32,000 bases of DNA from Propionibacterium ruminifibrarum (GCF_900289195.1 NZ_OMOH01000008.1:78884-110883); one strand, 5' to 3'. Numbered from the stretch's first letter, positions 8,684 through 16,427 are shown. Notes: a model not told the origin generated them from the sequence alone. Translations and numbers: made by a program.

Positions 8684-9032
8684 GCCGGCCACGGCGGGAG
8701 TTCTCCCCCACCGCGCAGACTCCGGATTCCGGTTCCATTCCGCTCAGCTGGGGCGCGACCCGGTCCTGGTGGACGCCCTGGGGGGAAGGAGCCATCCCCG
8801 GCCCATCCTCTGCTGGTTGTGGTTGTTGACTCTTTCAGTTCGTCGCGCCACGGCCGAGAGGGAACAGCACAGACACATGTATTTTCATGTTCAACTTGTT
8901 CTGTGAGAGCGATTTTGAGGCACGTTGAGACGAAGAAGGATATGACGATGACCGCGACGCGATCCTCGTGAGCCGCGCCACCACGTGGCCTGTCGTGGTC
9001 CTGACCCATTGCATGATGAAGGAGGCCCCTGG

Positions 9033-9677
9033 ATGGATGACGACACCGCTGCGCTGGCCCGTCAGGAGTATCTGGCACGGTCGCTTGCCGTCGAGGTCTT
9101 CCACGGCGATGAAACAATAAATCGTTTTGTCGATAAATTGGTTTCGGACGGAGTGACCCGCGGTTTGCTCGGACCCAAGGAACCAAAGCGCATCTGGTCC
9201 CGCCACATCCTCAACTCTGCGGCACTCTGTGAGGTCCTCCCCCAGGGTGCCGAGCTCATTGACGTCGGCAGTGGCGCAGGCCTTCCCGGCATCGTTGTCG
9301 CCATTGCGCGGCCCGATCTGCGTGTCACCCTGTTGGAACCGATGCTCCGCCGTTGGACCTTCCTCGGTGAGACCGTCGACCACCTTGGTCTTTCAGAACG
9401 AGTCAATGTCGTTCGCGGCCGCGCAGAGGATTGCGCCGATAAATTCGAGATCGTCACGGCCCGTGCCGTGGCCCGTCTGCCCAAGCTTCTCCGCTGGACC
9501 ATCCCACTGTTCTATCCCGATGGGCGCCTGCTCGCCCTCAAGGGTGATTCCGCGCATGACGAGATCGACGAAGCGCAGGATCTGCTCGGGGCATCCGGAT
9601 TGACCGCTCAGATCATGCATGTGCGAGCGCATCCCAAGGCTGAGATGACCAATGTCGTGTCCGTGACCGCGAGCTGA
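9033..9677 (+). CDS. rsmG: 16S rRNA (guanine527-N7)-methyltransferase RsmG/GidB
   Basis: ATG at 9033 has GGAGG 7 nt upstream. The sequence shows RHILNSAAL and the SAM motif LIDVGSGAGLPGIV. The position before parA is canonical. Confidence 0.92.
   Translation: MDDDTAALARQEYLARSLAVEVFHGDETINRFVDKLVSDGVTRGLLGPKEPKRIWSRHILNSAALCEVLPQGAELIDVGSGAGLPGIVVAIARPDLRVTLLEPMLRRWTFLGETVDHLGLSERVNVVRGRAEDCADKFEIVTARAVARLPKLLRWTIPLFYPDGRLLALKGDSAHDEIDEAQDLLGASGLTAQIMHVRAHPKAEMTNVVSVTAS
9126..9137. repeat. AT-rich near-palindrome TTTGTCGATAAA, copy 1 (inside rsmG)
   Basis: This is an exact 12-mer shared with 12186-12197. It is embedded in the codon run gaa aca ata aat cgt ttt gtc gat aaa ttg. Confidence 0.8.
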
Positions 9678-9797
9678 GAGACGCTGCGTTCACGATCCCA
9701 CTGGAACGAGCATCACCACTGTCCAGGACTGATTGGCCCCTTGTTTCCGGTTCGCTCCGGCCAAGCTCATGGCCCACTGATTTCCATTCGACCCGGA

Positions 9798-9896
9798 GGA
9801 TCGCCCGCTCGCGTGTGGAGTGCGTTTGCCCTATGAGCCGCGAGGCAGCCCTGAGCATGGATGGCCCGCCCGCGCGTGGGATGCGTTCTCGTGAGC
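9798..9896 (+). repeat. Imperfect direct repeat of about 38-41 bp in the rsmG-parA spacer
   Basis: ggatcgcccgctcgcgtgtggagtgcgtttgccctatgagc (9798-9838) aligns with ggatggcccgcccgcgcgtgggatgcgttctcgtgagc (9859-9896). Identity is about 80% over the first 30 nt by hand alignment. Confidence 0.6.
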
Positions 9897-9992
9897 TCAG
9901 TGATGTCCCTGATCGAGTCTCAACCTGGGTGCGTGAACCCAGCCAGCTAGGATTGTTCACGTTGTTGTCGTCGTGATGTCTGGCGGTGTTCC

Positions 9993-11198
9993 GTGACCGA
10001 TATGCCCCCGGGTTGGCCTCGCACCAAGCGTCGCCTGTGGACTCGTCCCCTTGGTTACCCGAGTAGTTCGACGCTGCTGGAACGGCGCCGCGCGCATGTT
10101 TCACGTGAAACGGTACATACCGTGGTGAGCTCTCCCGTGCCGGTGAATGCTGATCGGGGAACCAGCACCGGACCGACCCCACAGGATCTCGAAGTGACCA
10201 GGCATGACAGCAGGCAGGATCCGGAAACGCCACCCGATCCCGCGACACAAGTCGCAACGGAGGTCACCACACCGTCTGGTACCGCAACGGACGTGAAGCC
10301 GGCGGATGAGCGACAGGAGAATGCCGCTCCCAAACGTGGTCAGTGGACAGAGAACGTCATGAATGTTTCACGTGAAACGCGGCGGCGTTCGACGCGGTTG
10401 CCCAAGCCGGTGACAACGCGACGAATCGTCGTGGCGAACCAGAAGGGCGGTGTGGGCAAGACGACCACATCGGTCAACCTGGCCGTGGCACTTGCCCAAG
10501 GCGGGCTCAGGGTGCTGGTCGTCGATATTGATCCCCAGGGGAACGCATCAACTGCGCTCGGAATTCCCCATGTGGAAGGAACACCGAGCACCTACGAGGT
10601 ACTCCTGGACGACATGAAACTTGCCGATGCAGTCGTCGGCTCGCCCGAGGCCGACAACCTGTTCGTCCTGCCAGCGACGATCGATCTCGCGGGGGCTGAA
10701 CTGGAACTCGTTTCGAGGGTCGCTCGAGAGCAGAAACTGCTCAGGGCCGTCCGTGAGTACCTGACCGACCACGAGTTCGACTACGTCTTCTATGATTGCC
10801 CGCCTTCGCTGGGACTCCTGACGGTCAACGCCCTGGTCGCTGCGACGGACATCCTCATCCCGATCCAATGCGAGTACTACGCTCTCGAAGGCGTGACGCA
10901 GCTCATGCGCACCATCCAGCTGGTCAGTGGCGAGCTCAACCCTGAACTGAGGTTGTGGGCCGTTCTTCTCACGATGTTCGATGGCAGGACGAAACTCTCG
11001 GCCCAGGTCGCCGAAGAGGTGCGTAACCACTTCAGGGATGAGACCCTCGCAACGGTCATACCGAGGTCGGTGCGGGTCAGTGAGGCGCCGAGTTATGGGC
11101 AGACGGTCATCACATACGACGATCATTCGGTGGGTGCGGACGCCTATCGAACAGTCGCGGCGGAACTGGCCGCCCGAGCAGCTGAGGAGCAGTCATGA
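9993..11198 (+). CDS. parA: Chromosome partitioning ATPase ParA/Soj (start uncertain)
   Basis: The deviant Walker A VANQKGGVGKTTTSVNLA and the ParA core run through to 11198. GTG 9993 gives a 401-aa protein with a disordered N-terminal extension. A conservative alternative start is ATG 10359 (MNVSRET..., 279 aa). Confidence 0.9.
   Translation: MTDMPPGWPRTKRRLWTRPLGYPSSSTLLERRRAHVSRETVHTVVSSPVPVNADRGTSTGPTPQDLEVTRHDSRQDPETPPDPATQVATEVTTPSGTATDVKPADERQENAAPKRGQWTENVMNVSRETRRRSTRLPKPVTTRRIVVANQKGGVGKTTTSVNLAVALAQGGLRVLVVDIDPQGNASTALGIPHVEGTPSTYEVLLDDMKLADAVVGSPEADNLFVLPATIDLAGAELELVSRVAREQKLLRAVREYLTDHEFDYVFYDCPPSLGLLTVNALVAATDILIPIQCEYYALEGVTQLMRTIQLVSGELNPELRLWAVLLTMFDGRTKLSAQVAEEVRNHFRDETLATVIPRSVRVSEAPSYGQTVITYDDHSVGADAYRTVAAELAARAAEEQS
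10097..10112. promoter_or_regulatory. parS site 1
   Basis: TGTTTCACGTGAAACG matches the TGTTTCACGTGAAACA consensus at 15 of 16 positions. Confidence 0.85.
10364..10379. promoter_or_regulatory. parS site 2
   Basis: TGTTTCACGTGAAACG matches the consensus at 15 of 16 positions. It starts 5 nt after the candidate parA ATG at 10359. Confidence 0.85.
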
Positions 11199-12118
11199 GC
11201 GCACGTCAGGGCGGACTTGGACGAGGTCTGGGGGAACTCTTCCAGCGCACAGATCTTCCAGCAGCAGCGCCGTCGGACAACCCCTCCGCCCCCGATTCTG
11301 ACACCGCCCCGGCCGTCATGCCGGACGGCTCCTACTTCTCGGAGATCCCAGTCGCCTCAATCCGACCGAACCCGCAACAGCCCCGCCAGGTGTTCAGCGA
11401 GGAGGAACTCACCGAACTCAGTGAATCGATCAAGGAAGTCGGGTTGCTGCAGCCCATCGTCGTCAGGGCCACTGACGGTGACGGTTACGAACTGGTCATG
11501 GGTGAACGGCGACTGAGGGCTCATGAGAAGGCCGGCATCGAGATGATCCCGGCGATCGTGCGCAAGACCGATGATTCGACGATGCTCACCAATGCCCTGC
11601 TCGAGAACCTGCACCGTGTGCAGTTGAACCCGTTGGAGGAGGCGGCTGCATACGAGCAGCTCATGCGGGATTTCGACATCACGCAGGAACAACTCTCGGC
11701 CCGCATCAAGAAGTCACGACCACACATCTCCAACACGATCCGACTCCTGAAACTGCCGGTCACTGTTCAGCGTCGAGTCGCAGCGGGCATTCTTTCGGCC
11801 GGTCATGCTCGGGCGCTCTTGACCCTCGAGGATCCCCTGGCCGTCGAGGAACTCGCGCAGCGCATCGTCGCCGAGGGGCTCTCCGTCAGGGCGACAGAGG
11901 AGATCGTCACGCTGGCAGCAGGGCGCACCGAGAAGAAACCCACCCGCGCACGCCGTGCCACGACCCCGCACCCGAGGGCGGAGTCGATCGCTCATGATCT
12001 GGCTGATCGATTCGACACGAGGGTCAAGGTGACCATCGGGCGCAACAAGGGCAGTATCACGATCGATTTTGCCGGTGAGGACGATCTTGAGCGCATCCTC
12101 GGAATCATCGGGGGATGA
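11195..12118 (+). CDS. parB: Chromosome partitioning protein ParB/Spo0J
   Basis: The sequence shows the GLGRGLGELF N-terminal box, the GERRLRA arginine patch and an HTH region. An ATGA overlap links it to the parA stop. Confidence 0.95.
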   Translation: MSARQGGLGRGLGELFQRTDLPAAAPSDNPSAPDSDTAPAVMPDGSYFSEIPVASIRPNPQQPRQVFSEEELTELSESIKEVGLLQPIVVRATDGDGYELVMGERRLRAHEKAGIEMIPAIVRKTDDSTMLTNALLENLHRVQLNPLEEAAAYEQLMRDFDITQEQLSARIKKSRPHISNTIRLLKLPVTVQRRVAAGILSAGHARALLTLEDPLAVEELAQRIVAEGLSVRATEEIVTLAAGRTEKKPTRARRATTPHPRAESIAHDLADRFDTRVKVTIGRNKGSITIDFAGEDDLERILGIIGG

Positions 12119-12140
12119 GCAGCACCTGGATCCATCACGA

Positions 12141-12174
12141 CTGAGGGGCCCCGGAATGATCCGGAGCCCCTCAG
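12141..12174. terminator. Long GC-rich hairpin between convergent parB and the OsmC-family gene (bidirectional terminator candidate)
   Basis: The hairpin is CTGAGGGGC-c-CCGGA-atga-TCCGG-a-GCCCCTCAG. It lies 23 nt after the parB stop. Confidence 0.6.
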
Positions 12175-12185
12175 CTATAAAGAGA

Positions 12186-12197
12186 TTTGTCGATAAA
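12186..12197. repeat. AT-rich near-palindrome TTTGTCGATAAA, copy 2
   Basis: This is the exact 12-mer shared with 9126-9137. It lies 1 nt short of the OsmC-family stop codon (12199-12201) and abuts the terminator hairpin. Confidence 0.8.
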
Positions 12198-12198
12198 A

Positions 12199-12654
12199 CT
12201 ATTTACCAGCTCGTGACGAGGCGACCACTGTGCCATCGACGAGGGCGTCGACCCGGGTGGGATGTTCAACCGTCCGCCCGACGGTGCAGTCTCGGTCATG
12301 GCTCGAGCGGACCAGCTCGGCGACCAGGTCAGCGGCCCGATCACCGGACTCGTCTGCGCAGAACTCCAGGTGGAAGTCCATCGCCAGGTGGTCGAGGGCC
12401 GAAGCACCGGCCTCGTCGGGTCCCCACTCGCCGGCGACGCGCACCCGGAAGTCCGTCGGCTCGCTGACGGGCGAGACGCCGGCATCGACGTCGATCGCAC
12501 TGCAGGCGCCGGCAGCGGCCATGAGCAGTTCGACGGGGTTGAACAGTCCTTCGCCGCGGCCCAGCTCGATGCTGGCGCCGGCCTCGTTGGTCGCCACGTA
12601 ACGATACGGACCCGTTCTCCGCAGGTGAACGCTGGCGTGTCTGCGCGAACCCAT
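12199..12654 (-). CDS. OsmC-family (OsmC/Ohr-like) thiol peroxidase-type protein
   Basis: The 151-aa ORF shows NPVELLMAAAGACSA and a second Cys in DRDCTV, the OsmC two-Cys pattern. Its ATG overlaps the trxA stop (TAATG). Confidence 0.75.
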   Translation of the reverse strand: MGSRRHASVHLRRTGPYRYVATNEAGASIELGRGEGLFNPVELLMAAAGACSAIDVDAGVSPVSEPTDFRVRVAGEWGPDEAGASALDHLAMDFHLEFCADESGDRAADLVAELVRSSHDRDCTVGRTVEHPTRVDALVDGTVVASSRAGK

Positions 12655-12977
12655 TAGAGGAATTCTTCGATGACCTTGAGCAGGCCGGACCTGTTCTTGG
12701 CCCCTTGGAACTGCTTGACGACCTGGCCGTTCTGGTAGATCTGCACGGTGGGCAGGCCGAGAACCCCCTGCTGGGTCGGCACGGCGGTGTTGGCATTGGT
12801 GTCGAGCTTGACGAAGTTGATGCGGTCGCCGTACTCCTCGCTGAGCTCATCGAGGATGGGGCTCATGCGCTTGCACGGGGCGCACCAGTCGGCCCAGAAG
12901 TCGACGAGGGTGGGCTTGTCGGAACCCAGGACGACATCGTTGAAGGTGGCATCGGTGACATCGGTCACATTGCTCAT
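12654..12977 (-). CDS. trxA: Thioredoxin (WCAPC active site)
   Basis: The 107-aa ORF shows LVDFWADWCAPCKRMSPIL and a thioredoxin fold pattern. It lies downstream of trxB. Confidence 0.93.
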   Translation of the reverse strand: MSNVTDVTDATFNDVVLGSDKPTLVDFWADWCAPCKRMSPILDELSEEYGDRINFVKLDTNANTAVPTQQGVLGLPTVQIYQNGQVVKQFQGAKNRSGLLKVIEEFL

Positions 12978-13022
12978 GGGGAACTACTTCCTCTTGCGTG
13001 GTGTGTGCGTGCAGGGTCAATC

Positions 13023-13991
13023 CTAGGCAGCGCCCGCCGGCGTGGCCGTGAGGCGATCGTCCAGCGCGGCGATGTAGCTCTCGGCGTCCAGGGCGGCACG
13101 GCAGCCGGTCCCGGCGGCCGAGATCGCCTGCTGGTACACGCGGTCGACGAGGTCGCCGCAGGCGAAGACACCGGGCAGGTTGGTGCGTGTCGACGAGCCG
13201 TCGACGATCACGTACCCCGCGTCATCGGTCCGAACCTGGTCCTTGAACAGGGCGGAGCGGGGCACCGAGCCGATGGCCTCGAACAGTCCCTCGACGGGCA
13301 GTTCGCGGGTGGACCCGTCGGTGGTGTCCTGCAGGGTCACCGACTCGATCCTGCCATCGCCGTGAATGTCCTTGACGACGGAGTTCCACGCGAACTCGAT
13401 CTTGGGGTTCTCCGTGGCCCGGCGGGCCATGATGTCCGAGCCGCGCAGCTGATCGCGGCGGTGGATCAGGGTCACCTTGTCGGCGAAACGGGTCAGGAAG
13501 GTGGCCTCCTCGAGTGCGGCGTCCCCGCCGCCGACGACGGCGATGTTCTTGCCGCGGAAGAAGAAGCCATCGCAGGTGGCGCACCAGCTGAGGCCCTTGC
13601 CGGCGTAGGTCTGCTCGGCGGGAAGGCCGAGATGACGGTAGCCGGATCCGGTGGCGAGGATGACGGTCCTGCCGCGGTGGACCGTGCCTGCGGCATCCTT
13701 GACCGTCTTCACCTCACCGGTCAGATCGACCTCGACCGCATCGTCTGTGACGAACTCGGTGCCGAACCGTTCGGCCTGGTTGCGCATGTTCTCCATGAGC
13801 TCGGGGCCTTGAATGCCCTCGGGGAAGCCGGGGAAGTTCTCCACATCGGTCGTCGTCATGAGCGCGCCACCGGCGTCGAGGGAGCCTTCCAGGACGAGCG
13901 GGGCCAGGCCGGCGCGCGCGGCATAGATGGCGGCGGTATAGCCGGCGGGGCCGGAACCGATGATGATGACATCACGGAGCTGATCGTTCAT
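13023..13991 (-). CDS. trxB: Thioredoxin-disulfide reductase
   Basis: The internal ATG at 13991 gives MNDQLRDVIIIGSGPAGYTAAIYAARAG (FAD motif), the redox CATCDG motif, and VVGGGDAALEEATFL. The track start at 14189 is an over-extension. Confidence 0.93.
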   Translation of the reverse strand: MNDQLRDVIIIGSGPAGYTAAIYAARAGLAPLVLEGSLDAGGALMTTTDVENFPGFPEGIQGPELMENMRNQAERFGTEFVTDDAVEVDLTGEVKTVKDAAGTVHRGRTVILATGSGYRHLGLPAEQTYAGKGLSWCATCDGFFFRGKNIAVVGGGDAALEEATFLTRFADKVTLIHRRDQLRGSDIMARRATENPKIEFAWNSVVKDIHGDGRIESVTLQDTTDGSTRELPVEGLFEAIGSVPRSALFKDQVRTDDAGYVIVDGSSTRTNLPGVFACGDLVDRVYQQAISAAGTGCRAALDAESYIAALDDRLTATPAGAA

Positions 13992-14123
13992 GGTTGCCTT
14001 TCTGATCGGACTCCGCCTCAGGAGTCGGCTGCACCACCCGAGCCTACGCGGAAGACGGGCGGGGACCAGAGCCGATGATTCCGACCGGTTCCTGGCGGAT
14101 CCGTGCACGGGCGATGTCCGGGA

Positions 14124-14149
14124 AACGCGCACCGGGCCCGGTTCATTCC
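14124..14149 (-). promoter_or_regulatory. SigR/SigH-type ECF promoter candidate upstream of trxB
   Basis: The minus strand reads GGAAT-gaaccgggcccggtgcgc-GTT, an exact GGAAT-N18-GTT. It lies about 130 nt upstream of the trxB ATG. Confidence 0.5.
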
Positions 14150-14185
14150 ATCCGGGTGCAGGAACCCGACCCGACGAGCTGGGAC

Positions 14186-15505
14186 TCAACCTGCGTTGTT
14201 GGAGTCCGTGACGACGCGGGCAAGGTTTCCGATCGCCGCATCCGCCGACTGCTTGCCCTCAAGGGTGAGCCGCAACTGGCCCTCGATGACAGGACGCAGG
14301 TCGAGCCAGGCGCCGCTGCCGCCGAGCATGACCTGGGCTTCGTCGATGTTGGCCAGGCCGGCGTTGGCGATGCGGTTGGAGGCGATCTCGCTCGTCACGA
14401 GCAGACTCGTGCGGGAGGGAATCGCCGGCACCATGGCCGCGGTCGTCGTCAGCGGCTGGTCCTCGAGCGCGTGGTGCAGGAATTGGAAGGCGACGTCCTG
14501 GAACTGGCTCTGGCGCGAGACGCTCAGGACGGTGCCGCTCTTGAGCACCGAGGGGGTGCCGCTGCTCTCGCTGGGAGGCATGGGGAAGAAGGCCATGTGG
14601 GCCTCATCGCCGAGACCCTCGCGGTTCAACTCGTCCCAGATGCCGACGCCCATGGGCGCCATGACGGCCTTGCCCTGGGTGATGAGGCGGGGTTCACCGG
14701 TGGCGGGAATGGCCGACAGGTCCGCCGTTCCGTCATTGATGAGCTCTGCCATGAAGTTGAGCGCCGCCGCGCCCGTGCCGTCGTTGAAACTCAGGGTGCC
14801 GTCCTCGGTGAACAGCGTGCCGCCGTAGGCCCCGACGAGGTTCGCCCAGGTGCGCACCAGGCCCGGGCTGAACGGATCGAAACCGCTGATGCCGTCGCCC
14901 GTGAGTTCCTGCGCCATCGAGCGCAGCTCGTCGAGGGTGGCCGGGGGCTCGGTGATACCGGCCTCGGTGAGCAGGTCGACGCGGTAGCCGATGACCTGCA
15001 GGTCCATGGTGTAGGGGACGCCGTAGAGCGTGTCATCGATACGGCAGCCGCTCAGGAAGCGTTCATCGACGTTGAGGTCGTCGAGCAGGTCGGTGGGGAC
15101 GGCCTCGAGCGCATTGTGGCGCTGCAACGAGTGCAGCCACCCGTACTCCGGCATGACGACATCGGCCAGGGTGCCACCGGTGAGGGCGGTGATGATCTTG
15201 TCGGGCAGTTTGTCGCTCGTCGTGTAGGTGGTGGCCATCTGGTAGCCGCTGGAGCCGAAGAAACCCGTGAGGACGTTGTTGGCGTAGCGGTCCTGCAGTT
15301 CGGTTGTGCCGAGCATGGCCGAGAGCATCGACAGGGTGCCCGATCCCGAATCCTTGGCGTTGCGCCAGTCACTGGTGGGGCTTGCGCAGTCGCTGGGGCT
15401 GCTGGTCTCGGCGGGTTCGTCCTCGCCGCTGCTGCACGCACCGAGTGCGGACGCAGCCACGGCGGCCCCGGTGATCAGCAGCAGGTCCCTGCGTTGCAGC
15501 CGCAC
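14186..15505 (-). CDS. ABC transporter extracellular solute-binding lipoprotein (family 1, sugar-type)
   Basis: The GTG start has a GAGGAGG RBS. A Tat-like RRDLLL signal and a lipobox LGAC are present. The 439-aa SBP-like sequence has no adjacent permease or ATPase genes. Confidence 0.8.
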   Translation of the reverse strand: MRLQRRDLLLITGAAVAASALGACSSGEDEPAETSSPSDCASPTSDWRNAKDSGSGTLSMLSAMLGTTELQDRYANNVLTGFFGSSGYQMATTYTTSDKLPDKIITALTGGTLADVVMPEYGWLHSLQRHNALEAVPTDLLDDLNVDERFLSGCRIDDTLYGVPYTMDLQVIGYRVDLLTEAGITEPPATLDELRSMAQELTGDGISGFDPFSPGLVRTWANLVGAYGGTLFTEDGTLSFNDGTGAAALNFMAELINDGTADLSAIPATGEPRLITQGKAVMAPMGVGIWDELNREGLGDEAHMAFFPMPPSESSGTPSVLKSGTVLSVSRQSQFQDVAFQFLHHALEDQPLTTTAAMVPAIPSRTSLLVTSEIASNRIANAGLANIDEAQVMLGGSGAWLDLRPVIEGQLRLTLEGKQSADAAIGNLARVVTDSNNAG

Positions 15506-15707
15506 GGCGCCTCCTCGTGTGCTGGGCGAACCTTCAGTCGGGACGCAGTCCCGCCCCGACTCTACCGTTCGAGCGCTATGAATCCTTATTGGTTTCTCTA
15601 GTAAATAATCAATATGGCTCGATAGTTACCGAGCGATGCCTGCCATGTCGCACTATCCCTCTTTCTAGTTATCGGACTAGATACACGGATACGGGGTGAT
15701 CGGGGTG

Positions 15708-16427
15708 TCAGCGCGAGAGTTCCTCGGGACGCAGATGGTCGAAGCGGTTGATCCAGTGGATCACCGTCTCGCCGGCCCCCTCATAGGGTTCGGGTGCCGG
15801 CAGATCGGTTTCGAGATAGGTGGTGGCCGTGTTCATCATGGCGATCCACGGGTCGGGCACGCCGCGTGCACCGGCGGCACTCATCGAGGCACGCAGCAGG
15901 TACTGGATGATCCACTCGTGGCAGATGAGGCCGATGACGCGGTCGTCGTCGTAGAAACGGCGTTCGAGGTCGGCGAAGAGCGCGAAGCCGCGTCCCTGGG
16001 CCTGGGCAGGAGCCTCGACGTACTCGCCCTTGTCATACCAGCCGTCCTCCCCGATGTCACTTGGCACGATGACGCGGGGATTCACCTCACGCAGCCGAGC
16101 GGCACCGGCACCGCGCACCGCCGTCGGCGCGGCCGGCAGGCCCCCGTACAGGCCCCCGACCTCGTAGGCGTCGGTGATCAGCTCGACCGGCACGTCCAAC
16201 TCCTCGCTGATCGCCACGGAGGTCTGGACGGCCCGCACCATCGGCGAGCACAACAGTACCTGCGGGCGGGGGAGCCGCCGGTCTGCGAAGGCCTCGGCCA
16301 GCCGGGCGGCCTGGACCCGGCCCAGATCCGTGAGCGAGGGGTCGGCGGTGCGTCCCTCGAAGGGGTGCCCGGCGGCGGTGAGCACATTGTTGGACGACTG
16401 GCCGTGACGGATCAGGAGGAGCTTCAC
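15708..16427 (-). CDS. Histidine phosphatase family (phosphoglycerate-mutase-like) protein
   Basis: The N-terminal LLLIRHGQSSNN (RHG motif) is present in a 239-aa ORF with a GTG start. Confidence 0.8.
   Translation of the reverse strand: MKLLLIRHGQSSNNVLTAAGHPFEGRTADPSLTDLGRVQAARLAEAFADRRLPRPQVLLCSPMVRAVQTSVAISEELDVPVELITDAYEVGGLYGGLPAAPTAVRGAGAARLREVNPRVIVPSDIGEDGWYDKGEYVEAPAQAQGRGFALFADLERRFYDDDRVIGLICHEWIIQYLLRASMSAAGARGVPDPWIAMMNTATTYLETDLPAPEPYEGAGETVIHWINRFDHLRPEELSR

Noticed and set aside
8941-8970. 9-codon ORF MTMTATRSS upstream of rsmG, considered as a leader peptide
   Set aside because: The SD-like AAGGA is only 1-2 nt from the ATG, and there is no attenuator structure that I could see. 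It is too short to support without expression data.
9613-10257. 214-aa minus-strand ORF across the rsmG-parA spacer
   Set aside because: It has no motifs, overlaps the rsmG 3' end and the first parS, and has an implausible composition. It is probably non-coding.
12705-15601. Long plus-strand ORFs 12705..14078 (457 aa) and 14075..15601 (508 aa)
   Set aside because: They lie antisense to clearly recognisable trxA, trxB and the solute-binding protein gene. Their low-complexity G/A/D/V-rich translations are typical high-GC shadow ORFs.
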